This document shows, in pieces, positions 18,394 through 28,305 of a stretch of 64,000 bases of DNA (its first letter is position 1; every line of letters starts with the position of its first letter). Made by a program: the position numbers and the translations under genes. Below the pieces are notes generated by a model. That model was not told where the DNA came from. It did no database searches and was given only the letters and a program-made list of their open reading frames with translations. Origin of the DNA: a virus; IMG/VR virus record IMGVR_UViG_3300025009_000054, positions 32,001-96,000 of that record. The stretch is one strand, 5' to 3'.

Positions 18394-20127
18394 CTACCTG
18401 TAACGACTTCTATTCATGGGCGCACCGCCACCTCCACCAGATAATCCTCTACCCATCGCAGGGGTTCTCGCCCTCTGTCCTCCACCGCCACGGATAACAC
18501 GCTTAATATGCATGAGTTTATCTGCTATATAGCATACCATGGCATCAGCACATGGGTGATCGTCGTGTTCACCATTTGGCGCACAAATCTTCTTATTAGG
18601 AGAGTTTAGCATGGTGTGTTTTTCTAGGTTTTCCCATTGTCTAACCGAATTCTGAAATGGCTTATGGCCACTACCACCATCATACCCATCAATAGCTGAC
18701 CTATCTGGATATTTAAATAGCCCACGGTCAACTTCCATAAGTATGTGGTCAAATATGGCATTTTTCCAGTTTTTGCCAGATTCTGGGTCTGTCCTACTGT
18801 ACATAATACCATATACGCCAATACCCTTCAAACTCTGCCTAGCAAAATCGAGTACAGGCTGTCCGCATCCGGTCATATCAATGATTAACGCTTTACATGG
18901 GAATCTTCCATCTTTTGATATCAGCGACCTAACCCACTCAAGCTGTACGGTGTAGTCAGTGCCGTACCTCTCATCGCTATGCACTTTAGTCTTTAGATCT
19001 TCCACTTTCCTAACAATACTGAGTGCAGACCAGTCATTTTTACCAGTACCATCAGAATCGGTTGATGAACCTCCAGCAGGATCCCATGATGCATAGTATT
19101 CGCCACCATCCCATGATGTGCTACCATGTATTATCGGACCACCACCAAGCATGCCCTCTACCTGCTCTTCACTAAAGAAGAGGTCTGCATCTACAAGCCA
19201 TTCAAGCATATACTGTGTTCGGAAGTCATCTGGTATCATATCTCCAGGTAGATCGTGTATCCTCATTGTACGTCCATCGACTATAACAATCGGGTTATGA
19301 GGATATGTCTCCTGCTTGATAGCTATCGGCATTCGATCAAGTACATATCTAGATGTCTGTGTTCCATCTACATCGATAGTACCAGATCTATTGAGGATCC
19401 CGCACATTTCCCATGGGAATATACACTTCGTATATGTCGGGTCTTTGAACGAGTGATGAAAGTGGTTACGTAGTCTTGGTGTGCCGGACTTTATAATTCT
19501 TGCTCCCCAAGCACCTCCCATTGGGAGGATTACTTCGGAGACGACCTTATCGCTTACTTTCTGCGACTCGTCAATCATTATCAATCCAGCACTAAAACCT
19601 TCGATATTTGCCATTTCACTAGCTGACGCCTGTGAAATCTGAATACCTGGTTCACGTGACCATTTAGTACCCTTATCCTTAAAGACGATTGTACCCTTGG
19701 TAGACGATTTCCAATCAACTATATCATCAAAGTATGGCCTATACCTAGCACGTTCATGTATACGGTTAAGTACTAATGCAGCTTGACCTTCTCTAGGACC
19801 AAATATGAGTATATTACCGTGTTCCTTCTTCGTGTACCTATCGCCAAGAATAAGGGATCCCTGCGCCAGAGAGTCGGTCTTTCCTGTCTGTCTTGTCATA
19901 AGTAGACAGACCTTAGCCAGAGCTCTATTTGCAATGGCGTTTACTGCGGCAATCTGGTTCTCATAGACAACGATGCCCATGTTCTTCTCAACATAGTACC
20001 TATTATCTAATTCAGCCGCAAAGATATTGCCGATATCAGTAGCTGTTATTCCATTATACGCTGGTTGCTGCGACAATTTCTTCACCTTTAGTCTTATAGA
20101 TATACTTCTCGGCGAGTTCATGTCCAA
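18394..20127 (-). CDS. terL: Terminase large subunit
   Basis: Walker A MTRQTGKT, Walker B IMIDESQ, coupling motif SGTP, nuclease SWDPAG...IIDMTG..GQPV...HDDHPCAD. The start may be the TTG near 20076. Confidence 0.9.
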   Translation of the reverse strand: MDMNSPRSISIRLKVKKLSQQPAYNGITATDIGNIFAAELDNRYYVEKNMGIVVYENQIAAVNAIANRALAKVCLLMTRQTGKTDSLAQGSLILGDRYTKKEHGNILIFGPREGQAALVLNRIHERARYRPYFDDIVDWKSSTKGTIVFKDKGTKWSREPGIQISQASASEMANIEGFSAGLIMIDESQKVSDKVVSEVILPMGGAWGARIIKSGTPRLRNHFHHSFKDPTYTKCIFPWEMCGILNRSGTIDVDGTQTSRYVLDRMPIAIKQETYPHNPIVIVDGRTMRIHDLPGDMIPDDFRTQYMLEWLVDADLFFSEEQVEGMLGGGPIIHGSTSWDGGEYYASWDPAGGSSTDSDGTGKNDWSALSIVRKVEDLKTKVHSDERYGTDYTVQLEWVRSLISKDGRFPCKALIIDMTGCGQPVLDFARQSLKGIGVYGIMYSRTDPESGKNWKNAIFDHILMEVDRGLFKYPDRSAIDGYDGGSGHKPFQNSVRQWENLEKHTMLNSPNKKICAPNGEHDDHPCADAMVCYIADKLMHIKRVIRGGGGQRARTPAMGRGLSGGGGGAPMNRSRYR

Positions 20128-20434
20128 TAATACGTTCTGGCTTTACTCCAAGCTTTGCGGCACGTTCAATACCCTGCCCGACGCCTTCTTCCATTTCACC
20201 ATCTGAGAGTGGTCCTTCAGCTAGTGCCTCTGATACGACGTGTGCTTCCTTATTGGCACGATCATCATTACAATAAAATCCTGGTCCAATAAATCTTGTA
20301 GCTACACGACGTGATAGCTGTTTTTCTGTTTTAGTACCACAGGCACATTCCGGTCCATTATTCATTTCAGAAACAGATCTAAATACTTCCTGAGTATCTC
20401 CGCATTTTGTACACTTATATTCATAGAGTGGCAT
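20054..20434 (-). CDS. FmdB-family zinc-ribbon protein
   Basis: MPLYEYKCTKCG...CACG...FIGPGFY signature. Confidence 0.8.
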   Translation of the reverse strand: MPLYEYKCTKCGDTQEVFRSVSEMNNGPECACGTKTEKQLSRRVATRFIGPGFYCNDDRANKEAHVVSEALAEGPLSDGEMEEGVGQGIERAAKLGVKPERIIGHELAEKYIYKTKGEEIVAATSV

Positions 20435-22041
20435 TATCCACACCTCCTAAGGTTTCTTGCTTTTACTATAAATCTACGTGCGGCACCACGCCATTCCCTA
20501 GATGGATCATCATGGAAGTTGCGTGTAGTCTGATGGTTTATATCTTTATCCCACTGTCCGGTGTATTTACCATCAGATAGATCTAATAATTCTTCATTAA
20601 CATTAAATAGATCTGTGTTGGCGAAATTATCTCCATTTGGTGTGTACTCGATGATGGATCCGCCGTTATGGTGGACATGCACACCATAGCTTACTGCAGC
20701 GGCAAGTTGCCCATCATCTTTTGCATTTGTAATCATGTAGTACAGCGTGCTTATTCCAATGGCCGCATCATCGCTAACTGAGTTACCATCTTTACTCCTA
20801 CCTGGTAGCATCGCCGCTGAGTTCATTAAATTTGATATTATCATCATTCCAATAGAGTTGTTTAACAGCGATATCTCCGTAAACAACTCTGACATATACC
20901 ATATATCATCGATGTCACTTTTATATTCCTCAGGTATACGATTTATCGCCCTGTACACGACATCAGGATATTCTTTCTTCAATTGGTCGACGAATCCATG
21001 TACGACGCTCAATTTCCCATTTTGTCTAAGGGCAAATGATATCGATGATATATGGCCTACTGCCCATTCCATACATGCGTTTTCAAATTCATACGCCATA
21101 CGGCTAGTTACGTCCTTGAATTCCGACTGCAACTTATCATAGTCAGCCATAGCATTACCGCCGAACGACAACTTATATTCAAGCTCGTACCACCTTTTGA
21201 TGAGGTCTACATCTATTGAGATGCCATCGGCTTGTGCTGTTCTCATACTAATAGATTCACCTTGACTATCAACCAATATATCCCTAATCGTAGTACCTGT
21301 AGTAATCACAACTCCTGGATTAATATAATATGTCTTACTATTATCACTGTTACTAAACTTCCATATTGACTCAGCCTCATCACTACCGAAATATAATGCA
21401 CTCTCCCCTAATGATGCCTCCAATGCTATTGCTAGATCATCACCACGACCTGGATTATCACTAAAGTCTGGTCTGCCAGGGCATATATATCCAGCCATTA
21501 TATCGTACAGTGTTATAGCGCTATCCCTTGGCTCATCTAGAAAATCATATCCAATATTATGAAACCACTCCTGTATATCATCAAGGTTCGATCTTATCCA
21601 TTGATTAAACGGATCACTCTGTGCTGTTCTCATAGCTGTGGTATTAAACTGGCCAGGCACAGGTATTACTGGCTCTACTACAGGTTGATAATTTGGATTG
21701 TCACCACCGATGGATTCTTCCCACGTTTTCGGCTTATTCTTACCAAAGTATACTGCCGCAGCTAGCGCATGGCTACAGAACCTGTTGCGCAAGTGGAATC
21801 TCTGCATAATCTTGCACCACTGGCCCCACAAACAGTCACAGCTCCACCAGTTTACAGCCTCTGGGTTTGATCTACCACCAGGATATGCGAGTACTATATT
21901 GTATGTACCATGATGGCCATCAACTGTACCCTCAAATCGCTCTGGTGTCATCACACTTGGATGAACAGCACCACTATGGTATAGCTTAAATGCCTTACGC
22001 TTTACATCAGACCACGCGGCCTTACGTTCCATCTCATTCAT
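20434..22041 (-). CDS. SWIM Zn-finger multi-module protein with two MRTAQ motifs
   Basis: WSCDC...FCSHALA (CxC-xn-CxH) at the N-terminus; MRTAQSD and MRTAQAD split it into three modules. Confidence 0.7.
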   Translation of the reverse strand: MNEMERKAAWSDVKRKAFKLYHSGAVHPSVMTPERFEGTVDGHHGTYNIVLAYPGGRSNPEAVNWWSCDCLWGQWCKIMQRFHLRNRFCSHALAAAVYFGKNKPKTWEESIGGDNPNYQPVVEPVIPVPGQFNTTAMRTAQSDPFNQWIRSNLDDIQEWFHNIGYDFLDEPRDSAITLYDIMAGYICPGRPDFSDNPGRGDDLAIALEASLGESALYFGSDEAESIWKFSNSDNSKTYYINPGVVITTGTTIRDILVDSQGESISMRTAQADGISIDVDLIKRWYELEYKLSFGGNAMADYDKLQSEFKDVTSRMAYEFENACMEWAVGHISSISFALRQNGKLSVVHGFVDQLKKEYPDVVYRAINRIPEEYKSDIDDIWYMSELFTEISLLNNSIGMMIISNLMNSAAMLPGRSKDGNSVSDDAAIGISTLYYMITNAKDDGQLAAAVSYGVHVHHNGGSIIEYTPNGDNFANTDLFNVNEELLDLSDGKYTGQWDKDINHQTTRNFHDDPSREWRGAARRFIVKARNLRRCG

Positions 22042-22060
22042 ATTATACTCCTATGTGGTA

Positions 22061-23044
22061 CTATCCTTTATTTCTAGTTTGCAACGTATTACGTTCTGGT
22101 ATCTTATAGTAATCGATACCCATATCATCATTATATGCAGACTCAAGTTGTGGCCTATCGATAACATATATCTGGCTATTATCGAACACTATATATGATT
22201 TCCCACCCTCATATTCGTTATCATAGATAATTCCATCATAACCCTTAGACTTAAGGACGCTCACAAAATCTTGTGGAGTTTTTATCGTACCATCAGTAAA
22301 CTCCTCAGATACTCGACTATCACTACCGAACGCATTTTTGAGATTCTGTACCTCGTCCCAATATAAGGGATCACGATTAGTGTACATAGGGTTATTTATA
22401 CGCAAATACGCACGAAATACGTATGGGTCGGTATCACTCTCGTATCTATCATATGACGACTCTACGGCACCAGTCATATTATCGAAAGTACCCTTATCTC
22501 CAAAGTGGAAACCAATATCACCGTGTTCAAAGGTAGTAAAATCCTTATCAGTTATGTGATACACCACCATCGGCTTTCCATTACCATCAACTACCTTTGA
22601 TCCATTAAACCACGCCTCTACATCTGTATCTGTAGTTTGTGATGCTCTCTGTCCTGGAAATCTATTGGTTACAGGTGATCCCACGGTGCTCGGCATGTAA
22701 CCACGTGTAGCATCATTGATTTCCATCCCGCCCATTACAGGACTAACATTAAATAACATTAATAGGTCTGGATTGTCCTTCGATTCTTCTACGATATTTC
22801 CAATAGCTGTTACTCGATCAGGATATGTGTCCGCATTATACAAATCTATAAATAGCGGCTTATACTTGTCTGCGGCCATAGCTGACTGCTCACTACTGTA
22901 GATGATATCGGCGTATCCTATGAGCTGATTATAGAGATCATCAACTAGTTTTGGGTCGAACCATCCTTGTGAATCATTTCTATATAATTCACCAAGCTCA
23001 ATGACGTTAATTTGTTGTGCCGAAGACTTCATTTGTTCCTCCAT
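22061..23044 (-). CDS. Protein with C-terminal ADP-ribosyltransferase-like (ART-PolyVal-type) domain
   Basis: WFNGSKVVDGNGKPMVVYH.T..DFTTF...GFHFG...AYLRINNP...GYDGIIY.N..EG..SYIVFDNSQI. Confidence 0.7.
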   Translation of the reverse strand: MEEQMKSSAQQINVIELGELYRNDSQGWFDPKLVDDLYNQLIGYADIIYSSEQSAMAADKYKPLFIDLYNADTYPDRVTAIGNIVEESKDNPDLLMLFNVSPVMGGMEINDATRGYMPSTVGSPVTNRFPGQRASQTTDTDVEAWFNGSKVVDGNGKPMVVYHITDKDFTTFEHGDIGFHFGDKGTFDNMTGAVESSYDRYESDTDPYVFRAYLRINNPMYTNRDPLYWDEVQNLKNAFGSDSRVSEEFTDGTIKTPQDFVSVLKSKGYDGIIYDNEYEGGKSYIVFDNSQIYVIDRPQLESAYNDDMGIDYYKIPERNTLQTRNKG

Positions 23045-24441
23045 TGCTGAATCCTACTCTCTATATACGCCTTAATCTTCTCGTATGTTGCACGATACAC
23101 TTGATGACCCTTCATATAGGTATTGTAGAATGGGTCACTCTCGTCTTCTTTAGGGCGCACTAGACCCATCTTTTCCATATCCTCAATCTCACCTTCCCAA
23201 GCGATATCGGCAGCGAGTTGTGCGTACTTATATGGGTCTTTAAGCACTCTCTTCGTTGCAGGTGAGTTATCGGTTAGCGCATTTCCAATGAGGTCAAATA
23301 CGTGCCTATCTTCTAGTCTTACAGCAACATCCCCAGGCGTACAATACGCAAAATCTCTACCTTGGGCTGTCATGATATATATCTGGCGTTCGGCATCCCA
23401 TGTTGCTGTATATGGATTCTCGAAATCACCTGGCTCGTACCAATCGTCGTTATCATCACCACCGTATCCACGATCTATATCTATCGGAGTACGCGGTGGT
23501 GCAGTCGTTATCCTTGATTGTGCCTCTCTCCATCCAAATATTTTTGACACATGAGAAAGCATTTCATTGGACATGCCATGCTTCCTTCTCTCTTCCTTCA
23601 ATGTAGATAGTACATGTATATACCCATATCTTTCAAGGATTTTGTATACAATATTGGCTGGTAGCCAATTTCTAGACATCTTAAATATCTCATCATCTGA
23701 TGCGTCCATTGGCATGTTGAAAGCGGATATTCTTTCTTGATGAATCTGTTCATATTGCTTAACCATGCGACGTATATCAGCATCAACCTCGGCCATAGCA
23801 CCAATAAGCCTAAACGTAAACCACTTATCGAGCTGACCATCAGCCTCTGATGCATATTCCCTAAGTAGTCTTAGATCGGTTAAGTCTCTACTAAGTTTGC
23901 CACCTTCAATATCAAACATTCGTGCGTAGTGGATGGCTTTCATCCATATAAAGTCCATTATGCCACGTGGGCTCCATGATATATCAAGATGCGGAGGCAT
24001 CTTTAGCCATACATTACCGTCAATACTGTATATGGCATCGGATTCAAGCTTATTATCAGTCCTCATATAATAATTAATGGGGTGATGTGTTCCTGGTATT
24101 ACTTCACCGTTAATGCCACGAATAATATGAAGTAATGTGGTCCACGCATCCTTCTCATCAGCATCAACCCCATTAGCCATTTCAAACTTATCCCTATCAA
24201 TAATTACAGTGACATCAATATCGCTGTCATTTGTCCACTGTTCAGTTGCTGAGCTACCGATAAGATATAGTAATGTCCACTGATTCGGGTCATTGAAGTA
24301 TCCGGATAAAGCATCGAATATGCGTAGAGTCACCATGCCCTTTATATCATCACGTAGTACTGGCACATCATCAGATGTGTTCCATATATCCGGCGACAGC
24401 TTATTGTGTGGAAGGTCGATAATCGACGCTTTTCTATCCAT
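23029..24441 (-). CDS. Pol-beta-superfamily nucleotidyltransferase with C-terminal extension
   Basis: LIGSSATEQWTNDSDIDV (GS-x10-DxD); AIYSIDGNVWLK; NIVYKIL. Confidence 0.75.
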   Translation of the reverse strand: MDRKASIIDLPHNKLSPDIWNTSDDVPVLRDDIKGMVTLRIFDALSGYFNDPNQWTLLYLIGSSATEQWTNDSDIDVTVIIDRDKFEMANGVDADEKDAWTTLLHIIRGINGEVIPGTHHPINYYMRTDNKLESDAIYSIDGNVWLKMPPHLDISWSPRGIMDFIWMKAIHYARMFDIEGGKLSRDLTDLRLLREYASEADGQLDKWFTFRLIGAMAEVDADIRRMVKQYEQIHQERISAFNMPMDASDDEIFKMSRNWLPANIVYKILERYGYIHVLSTLKEERRKHGMSNEMLSHVSKIFGWREAQSRITTAPPRTPIDIDRGYGGDDNDDWYEPGDFENPYTATWDAERQIYIMTAQGRDFAYCTPGDVAVRLEDRHVFDLIGNALTDNSPATKRVLKDPYKYAQLAADIAWEGEIEDMEKMGLVRPKEDESDPFYNTYMKGHQVYRATYEKIKAYIESRIQQWRNK

Positions 24442-24456
24442 ATCACTCTCCTATAA

Positions 24457-24744
24457 TTAATTCTTTATTCCATCTATCACTGAGGCTACTGCACAATCAA
24501 TCATGCCGCGCCAATCATGTGATTCTACCTGTTTCAAAAATCTCCTAATCGAGAAATCAGTCATATTTATCTTAATGCCGTGGATAGAAATACGTATAGT
24601 CTCAAATTTGCCAGTGAACGTTCCTAATATAAACGACTCAATATCTGTACTCGGCACTTTCGATACTATAGCATCCATCGTTTCTTGCATAAACATCTTA
24701 CCAAGTACTGGTGCTACAATTTTACTGATAAATGATAGATTCAT
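24457..24744 (-). CDS. Hypothetical protein
   Basis: ORF track. Confidence 0.5.
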   Translation of the reverse strand: MNLSFISKIVAPVLGKMFMQETMDAIVSKVPSTDIESFILGTFTGKFETIRISIHGIKINMTDFSIRRFLKQVESHDWRGMIDCAVASVIDGIKN

Positions 24745-24757
24745 TTCATTCTTCTTT

Positions 24758-25111
24758 CTATACCCTAAGGTCTATCTCGTCGCCAACCACATAACCATTA
24801 GAGTTGAACCATCCAGCATTAGCCTCTACAGCCCAGCTAGATTCTGGTGGTGCCACGCTCGTGTCCACCTCTGGTCTTACAGTATCTATAGCTGTTATGA
24901 TATTGTCATCACGCACGTAGCAGATATCGATGGAGAAGCGGACGTTTCTCATGTGATATCCCGCGCCACCATGCGTAGGGAATAATAGCCCCTTATCACC
25001 ATCTAAGGAAGCTACGTGCTGTAGCCCACGCATCTGCTTCTCTCGTGTATCCATATACGAAAGATGCATAATGACATCTCCAAACTTATTAGCTATCAGT
25101 GGATTCACCAT
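24758..25111 (-). CDS. DUF192-family protein
   Basis: RGLQH...GLLF...HMRNVRFSIDI...VEANAGWF...GD signature. Confidence 0.8.
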   Translation of the reverse strand: MVNPLIANKFGDVIMHLSYMDTREKQMRGLQHVASLDGDKGLLFPTHGGAGYHMRNVRFSIDICYVRDDNIITAIDTVRPEVDTSVAPPESSWAVEANAGWFNSNGYVVGDEIDLRV

Positions 25112-25775
25112 CTATTATTCCATCCTCATCGTCATTATTGTGTGGTAAAATGTGTGATGTATCTATTATACTCGATTCGATGGATGCTAGTCTCTCCATT
25201 ACACGTCTGGCAAACTCCGGTTCCTGTCCAGGGAACATTTCCTTAACAACTGCGGCTACAGCCCTACTAAACGTGCTAATCTCCATGTTGATGATACTGA
25301 CGTTCATAACGTCTCCGCCAGTTCCGACGCCCTCTAGAGCTGCTAAGTCGCGTACCAGTCCTCGCGCTTCTCCGATATACCCTTGAATTGTTTTATGAGG
25401 CAACTGGTGTGGGGGAATATTCTCTAACATTTCGATAAAACCGATGACTTTGGACAATAGCATGTTCAGTGTAGAAGCCTTGTCGTTCATATCGAGCTTT
25501 CCTATTTTGTATAGCTCATTGATAGACTTCATTTCTGACGATACCATTATTTGATTCGCTACTGCTTCAGTTGTTACTTTTGCATCACCCATATGTTTTT
25601 TCTTATGGGCGTATAGTGCACGTAGATTATACTTAATCGTGAATCGTTCTAGTATCTCTCTTTGTATCTCAGGCATAGATTTATTCAGGAGTATCATACT
25701 CTCAATAAGGTTACGATGTCCTGAATTACATACACTACACGTTGGATTATGTTTTGACATTGCTTTAGTAGCCAT
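25089..25775 (-). CDS. Zn-finger/HTH protein, possible terminase small subunit
   Basis: CSVC...HKKKH N-terminal finger and a helical body; location upstream of TerL. The TerS role is inference only. Confidence 0.5.
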   Translation of the reverse strand: MATKAMSKHNPTCSVCNSGHRNLIESMILLNKSMPEIQREILERFTIKYNLRALYAHKKKHMGDAKVTTEAVANQIMVSSEMKSINELYKIGKLDMNDKASTLNMLLSKVIGFIEMLENIPPHQLPHKTIQGYIGEARGLVRDLAALEGVGTGGDVMNVSIINMEISTFSRAVAAVVKEMFPGQEPEFARRVMERLASIESSIIDTSHILPHNNDDEDGIIDGESTDS

Positions 25776-25814
25776 ATGAAACTCCTATATTCTATTATAA
25801 ATAGTAGCTAGGGA

Positions 25815-26582
25815 TTATAGAACCATGTCGCCAAATACTAATCTCAGATCTTTTTTAATAGTACTAATGCGGTTGACAACACGTGTCTCACTAATACCAA
25901 ACATTGCGCTTATGGTCTTGTAGTTTTGTTCGGGGAGGAAGAAGTAAGCGTGGAATATATCGTAATCAAATTTTGTATAATTATTGAGTATGTGATCTAG
26001 CATTGTATCGACAAGTGACTTCGCATCTAACCTAGCGATTATAGCATCGGTATTGTCATCCACACATGGGCTTAAAGCATCTAAAACTGACGGATCCCCT
26101 ACCAGAACATTTCTATTCTGGTCGCGCATTAGTCGTTCTATTTTATCGAGAGCCCTAATGGACAACATCCTCTTTACAAATACATTATAATATGCAGGAC
26201 CACCAATAGTATAGTCATGTAATGTAAGCTTAGTAAATTCACTACGCGACCACACATATAACTCTTCCCACGATATTAAATTTGCATGACCTATGTAGTA
26301 TTTCTTAGTAACGCTAACAATAAGGGCTTCAAATTGTCTGAGTAGCCACTCCATAGACTCATTATCGCCATCCTGTGACAATGCTACGCGTCTATTTATT
26401 TCCGCTATTAGTGCTTTTTTACCACCGGTGCCGCCCTGTACATGACTAGGCGGCACCACTTCAATGCTATGCTCAGGCGATCTACACATATCGCATAGAC
26501 CCACATCATTATCTGAATCGATTAGATATCTAATTCCACATTCGGCACATGTGCCAAATATACCATCAGGTCCCATCACCAT
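25815..26582 (-). CDS. Sigma-70 family sigma factor with N-terminal Zn-ribbon
   Basis: SQDGDNESMEWLLRQFEALI (region 2 start); C-terminal HTH YKTISAMFGISETRVVNRISTIKKDL; CAEC...CDMC. Confidence 0.7.
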   Translation of the reverse strand: MVMGPDGIFGTCAECGIRYLIDSDNDVGLCDMCRSPEHSIEVVPPSHVQGGTGGKKALIAEINRRVALSQDGDNESMEWLLRQFEALIVSVTKKYYIGHANLISWEELYVWSRSEFTKLTLHDYTIGGPAYYNVFVKRMLSIRALDKIERLMRDQNRNVLVGDPSVLDALSPCVDDNTDAIIARLDAKSLVDTMLDHILNNYTKFDYDIFHAYFFLPEQNYKTISAMFGISETRVVNRISTIKKDLRLVFGDMVL

Positions 26583-28305
26583 AGCTAACCATCCTCACCG
26601 TACTGGTACTGCCAGTATCGGACACTGTATAAACGTAGTCCATCTGATCGTGAATATCGTCCACATGACTAATTATAAAAACCTGATCGACTGCGCACAA
26701 TGGTGACCTAAATAACGATATCATCAGTTGTCTACGCTCACGGTCCAATGTACTTAATATCTCATCCATAAACATTGAGTGTATGCCCCTGCCAGAATAT
26801 TCGGACAGCACTCTAGATATAGCCAATCTTAGTGACATATTGAACACGTCTATCTCCCCACCGGAGAACGTCGACAGTGGGTGCAATCCATCGCCACTAT
26901 ATATCTGGATATTATAATTATCATCTACTACAACCTGATTATACTTGCCATCAGTCAAGTGAGTAGTGTATTGGCTAGCGTAGTATCCCAGTAATGGTAG
27001 GATTCTACTAGTCACCTCAGATCTAAAACCAGTTAAAAGACGCTCTAATTGTGTTAGTTTGTGTTTATCACATAGTAGCGCATCGACAGTATTTTTATGT
27101 GAGTCGTATTGCGATATAGTTGACGATATTATCACTATCCTATTCTCAATACGAGAGATGTCCTGGCGCAAGGCGGACTGCACCCCCATAGCATTATTAT
27201 ATTCCGCACTTACTTGTCTATAACGATTGGCATGTTCAGACATCATCGCATTAATTCTAGCGGTAATACCATCGGCAGCATCATTATGAGTGTTAACATT
27301 AGTATTGGCAGATTCCCAATCAGCCCTACGTCTATTTATATTCAAATCAAGCACACTATACTTCTCGCTAAGGTCTACTGATGTTTTATTATATTGTTCA
27401 CCCATAGTACCGAAACACGTCGGGCATACGCCATTGGGACCCAATGCATTAATGCCCTGAATCTGTTCATATATAACGTGTTGACGAGACGCTAGACCTG
27501 ATATCTCGTTCATTATGTCGTCACGTACACGCATCCAAGCATGGCATTCACCTTGTTCACGTGCAAGTTCTACCTTAATATCATCAATAAATTGCGGTTG
27601 ACTTGGAAATAGATCAATCTTATTCTTTAGGTCAGATACGACTTGATTACACTCGTCAATAAGTGTCTGATTATTTGTGAGCTGAGTATTTAAATCACTC
27701 AACTCATCTTTCATAGATGATACGTCCGATACTATATATGGCTGGTGTTCCCCAACACGCTGATCTATGGACCTAGATTTGGAACGTGTTTCCGTGATAG
27801 CCTTATCAACACGGTTTACTCCAAGCATCGACATGATGATCTCGCGTCTTTGTGCAGGTTGTAAACTACTTAGGGCATCTATCTCTTTCTGTTTACAAAA
27901 CATTGATACCATGAATGGCTTATATCCCATTCCAAGTATGCTAGCCATCGACTTACCTACAGCATCAACGCCATGTGCTATCTCTACTCCTCCGGTGATT
28001 ATTGATGCTGTTATGGTATCATTAGTACCCTTCATTTCACGCAGGACTGTATAATCAATTCCATCTATGGAGAATGTAATTGATACTGATACGGGTTGTT
28101 TAGATGTTGACCCTCTCTTACGTAAGGCTGACTTTACATCTTTACCACTCTGCTGGATACCATATAGTGCCCATGCTATTGCACCCATAAAATTACTTTT
28201 ACCACTACCATTAGGACCAGTTATGCCTATTAGTCCACATGGCACGTCCATGTCTACCTCAGTGAATTGACAAAAATTAGCAATTTGTATGTGTTTAATA
28301 ATCAC
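26566..28305 (-). CDS. sbcC: SbcC/Rad50-like (T4 gp46-like) SMC ATPase
   Basis: GPNGSGKS Walker A, CPTC zinc hook, FSGGE signature, MFMDE Walker B, IISH. Confidence 0.92.
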   Translation of the reverse strand: MIIKHIQIANFCQFTEVDMDVPCGLIGITGPNGSGKSNFMGAIAWALYGIQQSGKDVKSALRKRGSTSKQPVSVSITFSIDGIDYTVLREMKGTNDTITASIITGGVEIAHGVDAVGKSMASILGMGYKPFMVSMFCKQKEIDALSSLQPAQRREIIMSMLGVNRVDKAITETRSKSRSIDQRVGEHQPYIVSDVSSMKDELSDLNTQLTNNQTLIDECNQVVSDLKNKIDLFPSQPQFIDDIKVELAREQGECHAWMRVRDDIMNEISGLASRQHVIYEQIQGINALGPNGVCPTCFGTMGEQYNKTSVDLSEKYSVLDLNINRRRADWESANTNVNTHNDAADGITARINAMMSEHANRYRQVSAEYNNAMGVQSALRQDISRIENRIVIISSTISQYDSHKNTVDALLCDKHKLTQLERLLTGFRSEVTSRILPLLGYYASQYTTHLTDGKYNQVVVDDNYNIQIYSGDGLHPLSTFSGGEIDVFNMSLRLAISRVLSEYSGRGIHSMFMDEILSTLDRERRQLMISLFRSPLCAVDQVFIISHVDDIHDQMDYVYTVSDTGSTSTVRMVSYGDGT

